From: the human T2T-CHM13v2.0 reference genome, Homo sapiens
Reading direction: 5' to 3' (one strand)
Length of the DNA: 64,000 nucleotides
NCBI RefSeq assembly: GCF_009914755.1
Contig: NC_060927.1
Part shown: piece by piece, positions 1 through 14,340 of the stretch
Position numbering within the stretch: the first letter of the stretch is position 1
Layout of the letters: every line of letters begins with the position of its first letter
Position numbers and translations under genes: made by a program
Notes under the pieces: model-generated
What the model was told of the DNA's origin: nothing
Databases searched by the model: none
Seen by the model: only the letters and a program-made list of their open reading frames with translations

Positions 1-436
1 TTTGAAAGTCACATTTTCGTTAACTTTCAAAACAAAACTTTTCTAATTTTTCTTGTGGACCTTTGTAGTTGACATAGGGTTATTTAAAAGTGTAATGCTT
101 AATTACTAAACATTTGCTTTTTAAAAAAAGTTAATACCTTTGCCACTTCTATAACTATATGGGAATCTTTAAATATTTAATGCCATTCCCTACTCCCTCC
201 TTTTGTGCTACTGTTTTCATATGTTTAACTTCTACATGTATATTGAACCTAATAGGATATCATTATAATCATCATTTAATATTTAAATTATATTTATTTA
301 TAAATGATTACATTATTTACCTTATCTGATACTCTTCATTCTTTTCTTTTTCCTCAGGCATACTTGCTATTATTTTTCCCCTTTTAGTGGAAATCTGCTG
401 CTTCTGAACTTCCTCGGCTTAATAAAAAATTTTTAG

Positions 437-772
437 CGTGTGCTGTTCCCCTCCATGTGTCCATATGTTCTCATCATTTAGCTCCCACGTTTAAGTGAGA
501 ACATGTGATATTTGGTTTTCTGTTCCTGTGTTAGTTTGTTGAGTATAATGGCTTCCAGCTCCATCCATGTCCCTGCAAAGGACATGATTTCCTTCCTTTT
601 TATGGCTGCAAAGTATTCCATGTTGTATTTGTACCCTTTTGGAGGGTGGGGAATGGAAGAAGGGAGGGAATCAGAAAAAAATAGCTAATGGGTGTAGCAA
701 ACCAATATGGTACACATTTACCTATGTAACAAACCTACACATGTGCCCCTGAATTTAAAAGTTGGAAAAAAA
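437..772 (+). mobile_element. Short L1 (L1PA/L1PB-type) 3' fragment with 5' inversion, inside older L1-like sequence
   Basis: 437-633 is antisense L1 3' sequence (gagaacatgtgatatttggttttctg...tatggctgca). 634-772 is sense L1 3'UTR (cctatgtaacaaacctacacatg...taaaagttggaaaaaaa). Confidence 0.7.
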
Positions 773-1396
773 TCTTTATTTCATTTTTATTTTTGAAGAA
801 TATTTTATCTGTTGATAGTATTATGGATTGGCATTTTTTTCTTTAAAAATTTTAAAAAATTTTATTCCATTGTCTTTGGTTTCCATAATTTCTTCAAAAA
901 TAGTGTACATCTTATAGCTTTTCCTTTTCTTTTTATGTGCCTATGCTTACCCATCTTGTTGCTATTTTAATGATAATGTATTTTCCTTATCTGGCTTCCT
1001 TTATTAACATTTTCTTTTCTTTTCAAAATTTTACTATAATGTGCCTAGTTGTGGCTTTCTGTATACTAATTTTCCTTGCATTTTGTAGAGCCTTTTATTT
1101 TTAAAAAATCCTAGAGTTCAATATCTTTTGTAAATTTTGAAAAAAAAGCCAGTATTTCTTCTAGTTTTTCTAACTTATCTTTTTTCTTTCTTCTTAAACT
1201 CTAATTACAAGTATATTAGACTTTTGCACCATGTTAACATGTCCTTGATTGTCGTTTCTGTATTTCTTACATTCTCTACTTTCCTTCAATGCTTCAAGTG
1301 CTTTCTAGTTTACTAAGTTTTCTTCTTGTTTAATAATTAATTAAATTATTAATTTCAATGATAGCATTTTCTATTTTAGAATTTTTATTTTATACC

Positions 1397-1749
1397 TGTA
1401 TTAGTCTGTTCTTATGCTGCTAATAAAGACCTACCCGAGACTGGTAATTTATAAAGGAAAGATGTTTAATTGACTCACAGTTCCACATGGCTGGCGAGGC
1501 TTCACAATCATTGTGGAAAGTGAATGAGAAGCAAAGTCACATTTTAGGTGGTGCAGGCAAGAGCGCTTGTGCAGGGAACTCCAATTTATAAACCCATCAG
1601 ATCTCCTGAGACTCATTTACTACTACTAGAACAGGATGAGGGAAACTGCCCCCATGATTTAATTATCTCCACCTGGCCCTGCCTCTGACATGTGGGGATT
1701 ATTACAATTCAAGGTGAGATCTGGGTAGGGGCAGAGCCAAATCAGATCA
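1397..1749 (-). mobile_element. THE1-family (MaLR) solo LTR
   Basis: tgtattagtctgttct...gagccaaatcagatca matches reverse-complemented THE1. 5-bp TSD atacc/ataac with one mismatch. Confidence 0.9.
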
Positions 1750-4700
1750 ATAACTTTAGAAAGACTCACATTTTCTCTTTAGTTCATATTTTGCTTAATT
1801 TGCTTGAACAAAATTAGCACATCTATTTTAAAAATTTCAATCTTACAATACCTAAATTCAAATCATTTCTGTGCCTCTTTTCCATAGTACATTTTTATCT
1901 CGTTTTTAATCATATGGTTTTGTTCTTTAGATGTGTTTTGAAGTTTTTTGTTGTCTTTTTGTTGTGTTTTGTTTTTTGTTTGTTTGTTTAAATGGGCTAT
2001 CAGCATCACAGTTACAATTTGTAGAAATACTAGACTATGTCTTCTTTCTCCTGCAAGAGTTAGGTTTCCTTCTGTCAGGAATATAAAACAGAAGCAGAAT
2101 ATTTTAATCCTGTAAAAGATTAGTTTTTGTTCTTTGTTAGTATATACTGTGTTTCAGTTTTCCCTTCTATTTTGTGAGTTCTGTAGTCTCAACTGAAATC
2201 TTAGGGTATTTACCTCACCACTCCACATTGGCATTAAATTCCAACTTCTTCCCAGCAGAGTACCTTCAGAAATCTTATCTCAGCTCTTTAGTCTTTCTCC
2301 TTTTACATTTCACTGGATTATTAGAGTCATATTCTGATATTTGCCTGACGGAGATGGAGACTGCATGTGGTTTTTTTAGTGGTCATTCCCATGATTTTCT
2401 CTGTTCTTCATATGCTCTCCCTTTTCCAGCCACTTTGACTAATCTGGTCTTCAGCTTTTGTTTCCTTCTGGACAGTGTAACTGCAACATTCTGCCAAGGT
2501 CTATTGATAAATAATCTCAAGAAAAATGATGTGATAAAGATGATGTGCACCTGCTTGTGATTCCATTCAGTGATCACTAACACTCCCTCAAGTGTTTCCA
2601 CTGTTGGTTTCTCATAAATCCCTTTAAACAACTATTTCTACATATTATGTTGATTTCACAGCTGTTTTCCGTAAGACAGATTCTCTGTCATGGGCAAACT
2701 AAACGTTTCTGGGCATCTTCATTAGCTTGTCTGTCAGGGCCAAACTAACGATTTTGGGGAATCTTCATTAGCTAACCACTAGATATCATTAGCTAGCCAT
2801 TAGATCTATAATTTCTGTTGTTTTTTAATATGCCATATTTATTTAAAGTAAGAAAAGTTCTAGCCTGATATTTTCTGTCATTCATTTGCTTTTAAGTTGT
2901 ACAATGACTTTATTTTTCTTTGTAATTGTTCTTGTATTTTTTGGTTAAATTCAAGTCATTTTAAAATTCTGTCCCTTACATTTTATAAATTATTTGTTTT
3001 ATTTAGCTTCCTTGTATGATGTTCAATGATATCAAGAGTTTTACCCTTCTAAAATTTTATCTAAATTTATATTTTAAAAATATAACCCTCTTATGTTCTT
3101 ACATAGGACTGTGGATGTTGTGGTTATTTGAAATTTTTTCTGGGTTATAATGAATTGATTTTACTTTACTTGGTCAATCTGTGTCTTTCATATACTAAAA
3201 AACACTGCTGGCGAAATCATTTCCCCGTTTTTGTAGGGAACAGGTGTTCTCTAGAAAACTGTAGAGAACCTTTTCTGTTAATTTATTTGATTCTATGAGA
3301 ACAGACAGATGAAAAACCATGGGTATCTAATTTTAAGAATATTTTCCAAACTTTCTCTATAAATTCATTTGAATTTTTGCCCCATTTATGGCCCACTAGA
3401 TTGTAAATATATGATCTTCTCTATTAGAAGGTAAACTTATATATGAAATTGTACAATTTTTTCTAGGTTAATTTATTCTGTTCTTGATGGCTAAATTGAT
3501 ATCTAGGCTATTTGTGTATAATTTAGTGAGCATTTTCTCTCTCTTCACTTCAGAGTCTCAATACTTTCCAGATGCCTGTTTTTCTGATGCATATGCCAAA
3601 TTAAAGAAAATACATTCTATATTTACACATACATATATATGCACACAAAATATATATAGGTATATATTCATCCTATAATTATATTATGTATAAATATATG
3701 CAATATATAATGTATATATTTTCTGTAAACTTATGTTTATATGTATTTGTATTTATGTGTAAATAATTTTTGTATGCATCACAGGCACTTATACATATTT
3801 CATCTTTTTTAACCTACATCAACCATTGCTATTTTTTAAAATTGGTATTCCTGATGAGTAAAATGGGTTTAGAGTTTTCTTATTCTATGTTCTTTTTGCA
3901 TTCTGACTGCACGCCTGAACTCCTCCTCCAAAATGAATGAGTTTTGATCCTTTGAAATTGCCTTCATTCCTTCTTCACTACACCTCACTGTAAACACAGC
4001 AGATAAGCCTGATGTGAGCTTCTTCCATTTCCTTTTCACAATATCTTCCAAACTGTACTGCATTTAGCCCTTATCTTCTGATATTTATCAGATTCTGTGG
4101 ATCTTTTCCTTTCAGCACATAAAATATTTTGTTTTGATTCATTTTACTTGTGATATAAAGAATTACAGAATAATTTTAAAATATTGTCATGTATCCATAG
4201 CTTTTTAAAATCCCATAAATACTTTAAATTAAACTTCTATTTGATGTTAGGTCATATGCCATGATACATGCTAATAATGAAAGAGTAGATAAGGTGTAAT
4301 AATTTTTATTGGACAATCGACAAAATTTATATTTTGTAACTAATAATTATCCTAAAAGTGGGTATTTTTTTTTTTTTGCTACATTTTACTTTATTTTGCT
4401 TTTAAGGAAAACCAATTGACCAAGTTTTCCCAGAACTGTTAGTGTTCACTGATCAAGAAGGAAAGGAGGTCAGAAGGCAAACTTTTCACTTCCTCTCAAA
4501 CATATATTGCAAGTACCACAGAAAATTGAAACAACACATGCAGCACAGACTGATTTTCAACATACAGCGGACCCAAGCAAGAAGTGTTCAGTACTGAAGA
4601 TCTACAGAGGTCAGACTGGGAGCACTACTACAGGAAGTTTGAATCTATCCACGCAGCTCTTTCCTCCCACATTCCAGGCTCATCACTCCTTCCTATTTCA

Positions 4701-5252
4701 AGCTGGTTTATCCAAATATACGGAAATCCAGGCTGCTCCATATAATATTAATACTTGCCCAGATGTTTTTCAGGAGGCATCTCCACAAGTCAAGCCCCGA
4801 CTCAAATTCTGTACAGGAAGTTCCCGCTGCTGTCAAATAACTCTCGCCCCTCTGCACTACTTTGTTGCTGGTTATCTGGCTCCCCTGCCTTTAACTCCTC
4901 CAGCTTCTGATCACTTGGCAACCCACCATGGCCAGTTCTTCTGATGCTCTCACAATCACTGGAGTACTTCTGCAGCTTTCTCTGATGACCCAGGACTGCA
5001 GCAACAGTCACAAAGCTCTCCTCCAGGTCCTGGATTCCTTTATTTCTTCCCTTCCATCCCCTTGGTGTATTTGTCCTGTAAGTGTTTGACTCTATCACTT
5101 TCAAAGTTGTGCTGTAATTCGGGGCTTTGGATGAGGCTTCATGCCCTAGCATAAGCAAAGAGCCTGATACAGAGTGGCCTGCAGGGAGCAGCTTCCAGGT
5201 ATTTCCAGAGCCCTGGAGCTGCTGAAGCGAGTAGGCAAGCCCAGCTTTCTTA

Positions 5253-5630
<378 letters not shown>

Positions 5631-5992
5631 AACTTCGGATCACATCAGTGCAGACATCAAAGCCTTCCATCAACCTGGGAACTAACCAGGACCAGGCGCC
5701 TCCATTTGCCTCCGGATTTTCTGGAATCGGATTGCTTTTTTCTGTCGTGGCAGGGTGCTGGGGGAGAGAGCCAATGGCAGAAGCCATGCACGGAAGTAGG
5801 ATGGATGTTTGAAGAGCCTCAGGCTAAATCACAGAGCTCCTAGCCCACTTCTATTTGATCGCAAGGGCAACCGTGCCACGTTGCCAGCTTAGAGCTGCTC
5901 TGTACACTGAGAAAGCTAACACCTAAAACAATAACTGCCCTTAAGCATACCGAACTCTCTAAACGGGTGATGAAATAGGTCATTAGTGAAGG

Positions 5993-7431
5993 TGAGAGGT
6001 GACAGCGTGCTGGCAGTCTTCACAGCCCTCGCTGGCTCTCAGGCGCCTCCTCTGCCTGGGCTCCCACTTTGGCGGCACTTGAGGAGCCCTTCAGCCCACC
6101 GCTGCACTGTGGGAGCCCCTTTCTGGGCTGGCCAAGGCCAGAGCCGGCTCCCTCAGCTTGCAGGGAGGTGCGGAGGGAGAGGTGAGAGCGGGAGCCAGGG
6201 CTGCGCGCAGCGCTTGCTGGCCAGCTGGAGTTCCAGGTGGGCGTGGGCTTGGCGGCCCGCACTGGGAGCAGCCCGCCGGCCCTGCCAGCCCGGGCAATGA
6301 GGAGCTTAGCACCCAGGCCAGTGGCTGCGGAGAGTGTACTGGGTCCCCCAGCAGTGCCAGCCCACCGGCGCTGCGCTCCATTTCTCACCGGGCCTTAGCT
6401 GCCTTCCCGCAGGGCAGGGCTCCGGACCTGCAGCCCACCATGCCTGAGCCTCCCACCTCCTCCATGGGCTCCTGTGGCGCCAGAGCCTCCCCGACGAGCA
6501 CCACCCCCTGCTCCAGGGTGCCCAGTCCCACCGACCACCAAAGGGCTGAGGAGTGTGGGCGCCCGGCACGGGACTGGCAGGCAGCTACACCTGCAGCCCC
6601 AGTGCGGGATCCACTGGGTGAAGCCAGCTGGGCTCCTGAGTCTGGTGCGGCTGTGGAGAACCTTTATGTCTAGCTCAGGGATTGTAAATACACCAGTGGG
6701 CACTCCGTATCTAGCTCAAGGTTTATAAACACACCAATCAGCACCCTGTGTCTAGCTCAGGGTTTGTGAATGCACCAATGGACACTCTGTATCTAGCTAC
6801 TCTGGTGGGGCCTTGGAGAACCTTTGTGTGGATACTCTGTATCTAACTAATCTGGTGGGGACGTGGAGAACCTTTGTGTCTAGCTCAGGGATTGTAAAGG
6901 CACCAATCAGCGCCCTGTCAAAACAGACCACCTGGCTCTACCAATCAGCAGGACGTGGGTGGGGGGGCGGGGGGAGCAGATAAGAAAATAAAAGTAGGCT
7001 GCCCAAGCCAGCAGTGGCAACCCGCTCGGGTCCCCTTCCACGGTGTGGGAGGTTTGTTCTTTCCCTCTTTGCAATAAATCTTGCTGCTGCTCACTCTTTG
7101 GGTCCACACTGCCTTTATGAGCTGTAACACTCACCGCGAAGCTCTGCAGCTTCACTCCTGAAGCCAGCGAGCCCACGAGCCCACCGGGAAGAATGAACAA
7201 CTCCAGACGTGCTGTCTTAAGAGCTGTAACACTCACCGCAAAGGTCTGCAGCTTCACTCCTGAGCCAGCGAGACCACGAACCCACCAGAAGGAAGAAACT
7301 CCAAACACATCAGAACATCAGAAGGAACAAACTCCGGACGCGCCACCTTAAGAGCTGTAACACTCACCGGGAGGGTCCGCCGCTTCATTCTTGAAGTCAG
7401 TGAGACGAAGAACCCACCAATTCCGGACACA
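5993..7431 (+). mobile_element. LTR12C (ERV9) solo LTR
   Basis: Starts tgagaggtgacagcgtgctggcagtc and ends ccaattccggacaca. Tandem tctagctcag/ccaatcagc U3 repeats and gctgtaacactcaccg U5 repeats. 4-bp TSD aagg/cagg. Confidence 0.95.
6660..7080 (+). promoter_or_regulatory. LTR12C enhancer/promoter: CCAAT (NF-Y) boxes, GC box, GATA site, TATA-like AATAAAA, poly(A) signal
   Basis: CCAAT at 6734, 6775, 6903 and 6941; GGGCGGGG ~6965; GATAAG 6979; AATAAAAG 6987; AATAAA ~7073. Confidence 0.75.
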
Positions 7432-8104
7432 CAGGGACCAGTGGTCCCAGGGGAGCCAAACACCTGACGCTGCGCCCCTGACAACACCGCTAAGAAGGAA
7501 TAAGGGCCGCTGCCAAGCAGGACGCCTGGCGCCAACGCGGCGCGGCCTGGGGCGGTGGCGGGAGAGAGGCCTTGCTTCAAGCTGAGGGCCCAGGGAAAAG
7601 CCGGTACCTTTCCACCTCCTGCAGCTCGCCTTCCTCTGGCTCCCGGCCAGTAAGGCCTGGGCCCGCCACCCAGTGGGTCTCGAAGGTACAGCGAGTGATG
7701 GCAGCGCTAACGCGCCTGCTATCTAGAGACTCAGGGTAACCAACATGTCGACTCAAACCATCCTTCAGCAGCCAAATTGGGTCTATTCTTTGACAGAAGG
7801 ATTTTAAAAGATATTACAGAATTAATAATTTGTCCCTTTACATGCTATCTCTTTAAATTGCCCGTAAATCTTCAAGATTATTCACCAATTATTATCCAGG
7901 GAAGCTTTGCCAAATCAAATTCAGAAACATGAACATGTTTCTGGTTTTATCCTCACTTTCTGATTTATCTGAGAAAAGAAGGATTTTTTTTCTGTTTTAT
8001 GGTTAAATTTGTTGCTCACTGTTTTTTATTTGTACTCTTTTCATAATCAAGTTTGCTCTCTTTTAAAGTTAGTCTTGTCATATTTAAATTATAATATTCA
8101 CAGG

Positions 8105-8980
8105 AAAAAAAAAACCATTAAAAAACCAAGGACTTGAACAGACACTTCTCAAAAGAAGATGTTCATGCAGCCAACATCTAACATATAAAAAAATCTCAAT
8201 ATTACTGATCATTAGAGAAATGCAAATCAAAACCACAAAGAGATATTATCACATGCTAGTCAGAACGGCCATTATTAAAATGTCAAGAAACTATAGATGC
8301 TGGCAAGGTTGTGGAGAAAAAGGAACACTTTTACACTGTTGGTGGGAATGTAAATTAGTTCAACCATTGTGGAAGACAGTGTGGTGATTCCTCAAAGATC
8401 TAGAAGCAGAAACATCATTTGACTCAGTTATCCCGTTACTGGGGATATACCCAAAGAAATATAAATCATTTTGTTATAAAGATACATCTACATGTATGTT
8501 CATTGCAGCACTATTCACAATAGCAAAGACATGGAACCAGCGCAAATACCCATCAGTGATAAACTGGATAAAGAAAACGTGCTACATATACGATGGCATA
8601 CTATGCAGCCATAAAAAGGAATGAGATCATGTCTTTTGCAGGAACATGGATGGAGGTGGAAGCTGTTATTCTCAGCAAACTAATGCAGGAACAGAAAATC
8701 AAACACCACATGTGCTCACTTATAAGTGGGAGCTGAACGATAAGAACACGTGGACACATCCAGGGGAACAACACACAGTGGGGCCTGTTGGGAGGGGTTT
8801 GGGGAAGGAGAGCATCTAGAAGAATAGCTAATGGATGCAGGGCCTAATAGCTTGGTGATGCGTTAATCTGTGCAGCAAACTACCATGCCACACATTTACC
8901 TATATAACAAACCTGCACATCCTGCACATGTATACCAGAACTTAAAATAAAAGTTGAAGAAACAAAATAAAAATAAATAA
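8105..8980 (+). mobile_element. L1 3' end (older L1PA/L1PB)
   Basis: ORF2 C-terminal remnant (gaacagacacttctcaaaagaag...) plus 3'UTR (aacaaacctgcacatcctgcacatg) and A-rich tail. Confidence 0.9.
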
Positions 8981-9877
8981 TATTATAATTAATTAGAAAT
9001 TAGCCAATAAATGTGAGTAGAATAGAAAACAAAGCTATAGATCCTTTTTTGTTAAGAAAATTTTATTTCTAACAGCTATTCAAATATTATAGTTGTTATG
9101 ATGAATATAGATTAAAAACTTTGGAAACTAAAAATATGGGTTTGAGATAATTTTTATAAAATATAAAATCTCCATCTTTGGTTTTGTATAGTTCTGTGTT
9201 ATTTTCAAATTTAAGGAGCTATAATGCAGCTGAAAACAGGAAACGTGTGTTATATGTTTTTAACTAAAATATGAAGGAGAAATAAAATGGTTAATCTATC
9301 TCATTTTGACCCTTTATTTTAGCTAGCACTTTTGCATTTAAACATAGGAATTAAGGTTTTGAAATTCCAGGGGTTTTCTGCCAAAAGAGAAGTCAGTCTA
9401 CAAACTATTGTGATTCTAGATGCCAGCAAATCCATTTATTTAGTTAGCAAACATCGCAATTCTAGTGTGAACTTGGGCCATGTTTGAGACTTTAATTAAA
9501 TGGAAATGTGTTGTCTTAGCTGAGAGAAAGAAAACAACTGGTTATTACATTTTCTAAGCTAGAAATGCAGTGTTTATTGGGTGGAATTTTACACACACAC
9601 ACACACACACACAACCTTAAATACAAGCAATCGAGTTTAACTCTATTGAATAAATATGGAAATCGATATTACCTGATTTATAAAACCTGGGAAGTAAAGC
9701 TAATCATTTTTGATCATCAGGATGTAAACGTTTTTGAGACAATTCTCTGCTAAGTAGATGCTTTCTTGATTTGCAGTTTACTTTAACAAGAATACTATAT
9801 TTGAGATCTGAAAAACCAAAAACAAAAACATGAATTTCTTGTAAACTCATATTATACTTAGGATTTAAGAGTTAAAT

Positions 9878-10168
9878 CATGGTGGATCAGACCTGTAATC
9901 CCAGCAGTTTGGGAGGCCGTGTCAGGCAGATCACCTGAGGTCAGGAGTTCAAGATCAGCCTGGCCAACATGGTAAAACCCCTTCTCTATTAAAATTCAAA
10001 AATTAGCCAAGAATCTTGGCAAGTGCTTGTAATCCCAGCTACTAGGGAGGCTGAGGCAGGAGAATCACTCGCACCCGGGGAGGTGGATGTTGCGGTGAGC
10101 CAAGATTGTGCCGTTGCACTCCAGCCTGGGCAATACAGCGAGACTGTCTCGGAAAAAAAAAAAAAAAA
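9878..10168 (+). mobile_element. AluS
   Basis: Dimeric Alu with poly(A); TSD aagagttaaat/aacagttaaat. Confidence 0.93.
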
Positions 10169-12104
10169 ACAGTTAAATTCTAGATTATTTTAATACCATT
10201 TAGTAAGTTTAAAAGTTGTGATAGATTAAATAGCAAACCTGTATCTGAAAACTTCCAATAAAGATTATTCACTGACAGATTTTGCATAATGCTTTGCTAT
10301 ATTTACATACACTTAAAACTGTTCCTGCTAAGATTCTCTCACCTAACTAGACTGCTGAAATAACAACTGATGGCTATAAGCACAACCCATAATTAATTTC
10401 CCTTAAACAAACAAACTATTGTGGGGATCTTTATGTGGTTTATTTAATTTGCTAACTGAATAAATTGGTTTGCTGCCATATGATGGTCGCAGTTTTCTTT
10501 TCCTTATTCTACTTAAATATCATTCTACTGTTTATTATCATATCCATACAGTATGGTTCAACCTTAAGAAAGTACTTAAAGTCGCTTGCTATTTTCCCAG
10601 TGCTTTCGATTTGAATAATATTAAAAATGAGATGTAGTGCTTTATAGTTAATTATACTTTCATTGTAATTTGAATAAAATAGGCATTCTTGTAAAAATAG
10701 GACCATGACATTATAAATATGAGTGTCTTGTGTGTTATTCCTGAACTTACAGTACAAATAATCATATAATATTAGGAAAGGAAAGGCTTATTGTAAGTTA
10801 ATGAAATAAGAGAGAATTTGAAAAATATTTGTCTAATTTTTACTTTGTTTAGGGTCATCCTAAAGGAAAGGAAAATGTTTAGATATGGAGAGATGATTGA
10901 AGTTCCAGGTCTAATTATCTTGTTTCTGAGGATTTACAGGAATATGGCCAAATTTATCATTGACTTTGTAGAAGAGTTCTGAGCAGAAATTTGACATAGG
11001 ACAACTGAAGCAATGAGAGAGGTGAAGCATAAATATCCCCAAACAACCTATTTTCCATATTGAAATATATTTCTTCTAAGATTGGAAAGCTTTAATGAAG
11101 TCAGAGATGACTGCGAAGTGGCTTACCTGACAGATGAAGCAATAAGCCCATTCCCTCTCTGCAGTTAAAGGCTTGAAATTACCCATCTGTCATTTCTCTA
11201 GTGGGTGGGGATTATAATGGAAGGCAGCATGCCATCTTAATTACATAACTATCCCAATTCCAATTACATATCATGTAGGGTATAAAATGCATTATCTTTC
11301 TACAATAAACTGAACACATAACAATGGCTGTATTCCATTTTATCTTTGACATTTCTATTTTTCCATTACTATTTTTTTAATTTAATGTAATATTGTAGCA
11401 CATTTTACTTTGATGTTACTGCTCCCTATTTTTTGATATCATTATCAAAAATGCAGTGATTATTTGTGGACAGTTAATGTGCATGTGAACACATATCAGT
11501 ATACCACATATGAGATTTTATGAATAAAAGGAAAATAAATATGATTTAAATTTAGACTTCTTTTGTCTTCATTGTTTTTCTTATAAAGGGCCCTTTCACT
11601 TTCTGTAAGAGTTCTCAAGATATGGGATCCCAGAGGATTCCTCAGGGTGTATAGACTTACTCGTGACTTTGAGCAAAAGATCCTTGTGATTTAATTCAAT
11701 ATTATTCCTTTATACAGCTGCATGAATGCTAGAAGTCCAAACTCGATACTTTTTTACTTTCATTTGACTCGTTCAGTGATAACCTTGAGCTGTTACCCTC
11801 ACAACTGAGTATGTGACAGGAATGTTGAGCTTGGTAGGATTAAGATAACACATAAAAAAGAACCTTTAAAATTTTTGATATAGAGGGACATCTAGACAGA
11901 GATAATATAGATAAAATGCCTTTTAAAAACAGACTTTGGAATGTGATACATATATATGTGTGTGTGTATAAATATGTATGTATGTATACACACACAGACA
12001 CACACACAAGAGAATATACTCTCAGTTCAGTCAGAAACTCAAAACCTTAAATATTTTAATTTTTACTTGGACTTTGTTTTAATATAAGAAATGTTTCTCA
12101 AACA

Positions 12105-12868
<764 letters not shown>

Positions 12869-13149
12869 AGTAAGAGTTGTGCTTGGTCCTGTGAGAGATA
12901 AGAAATGTAAGACATGATTTAGTATGTCCAAAGAGTTTGCAGTCTACTTCAGTCAATAACAAATTGCTTTTGAAAAAAAATAATTAATCATTGTTGCAAA
13001 GATGTGACTTTTGTTTTGGTTACTCATCCTGCTTTTGGGGAATTTTCTATAATAATGTATAATGTGGGAGGTAGAATAGGCCTTCCAGTATAGAAGCTAA
13101 AATTGCTAGACATTCTTTCCCAGCTCCTTAGAACCTAAGACCTTTTTCA

Positions 13150-13701
13150 ACCCCATCACTGGGTATATAACCAAAGGATTATAATCATTCCACTATAAAG
13201 ACACGTGCACTTGTATGTATATCACCGCACTATTTACAATAGCAAAGACTTGGAACCAACCCAAATGCCCATCAGTGATAGACTGGATAAAGAAATTGTG
13301 GCACATATACACCATGGAATACTATGCAGCCATAAAAAAAGAATGAGTTCATGTCCTTTCCAGGGACAAGGATGAAGCTGGAAAACATCATCCTTAGCAA
13401 ACTAATACAGGAACAGAAAGCCAAAGGCCACATGTTCTCACTCATAAGTGGGAATTGAACAATGAGAACACACAGGAAAAGGCAGGAGAACATTACACAC
13501 TGGGGCCTGTCGGCAGGTAGGGGACAAGGGGAGGGAGAACATTAGGACAAATACCTAATGCATGCAGGGCTTAAAACCTAGATGACGGGTTGATAGGTGC
13601 AGTAAATCACCATGGCACATGTACATCTATGTAACAAACCTGCATGTTATGGACATGTATCCCAGAATTTCAAGTAAAGAAAAAAAAAAAAAGAAAAGAA
13701 A
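13150..13701 (+). mobile_element. L1PA 3' end
   Basis: cccatcactgggtatataacc...ttaaaacctagatgacgggttgatagg...poly(A). Confidence 0.9.
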
Positions 13702-14059
13702 GCAGAAGCTAGAAGAAACAAGTCTAAACCTGAAGATACCCAACAGGGCTTGTGCAGCAGAATTCCATAACCCATTTTCATTGAATCCTGCTCTTTCCCT
13801 AGGAACTCAGAAATAATTGAGATCACATTTCCCCCACCCAGGAACTTGCCATGCAAACTGTGGTCTGTGACTTTATTATAACCACCAAATTAACTATTTG
13901 GTTAACAATTGATTAAATATGGGTGTTATTTGTAAACTCTTAGAATAATAGAACTAGATACTATTCTTGGCATTGGTGAAATATAGCACCCTTGATATTT
14001 GTAATACCTAAAGTATGTTTGTTACAACTGAATTGTAGAACAATCTCCAAGAAAATTAA

Positions 14060-14340
14060 ATATATATATATTTATTTAATATATATGTGTATATATCTAC
14101 ATATATGTATTTATGTGTATATATACACATATATATTATATATAATATATGTAGATATATACACACATATATGTGTATATATGTGTATACACATGTAGAT
14201 ATATACATATGTGTGTGTATGTGTGTGTGTATATATATATACACACACATATATATATACACACACACACATATATATATATATACCTGAGTGTGTATAT
14301 ATATATACAACTGAGGTGTATATATATATATACCTCAGTT
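14060..14340. repeat. (TA)n/(TG)n/(CA)n compound microsatellite
   Basis: Directly visible; explains the YI/CV-rich ORFs in the track. Confidence 0.95.

Larger units (their letters stand above)
5758..7607 (-). other. Retained NGRN intron 1 (~410 bp after removing LTR12C)
   Basis: Donor GAAAG|GTACCG at 7608/7607 and acceptor CTCTCTCCCCCAG|CACCCTG at 5758/5757, exactly where NGRN coding similarity stops and resumes. Confidence 0.85.

Noticed and set aside
3869-4063. 64-aa minus-strand ORF in non-repeat-looking sequence
   Set aside because: No recognisable homology or convincing splice structure.
6660-7380. Regularly spaced direct repeats resembling an array
   Set aside because: Known U3 enhancer and U5 tandem repeats of LTR12; not CRISPR-like.
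5986-7585. Cluster of overlapping GC-rich ORFs on both strands
   Set aside because: They lie within LTR12C and the GC-rich NGRN intron; stop-poor composition explains them.
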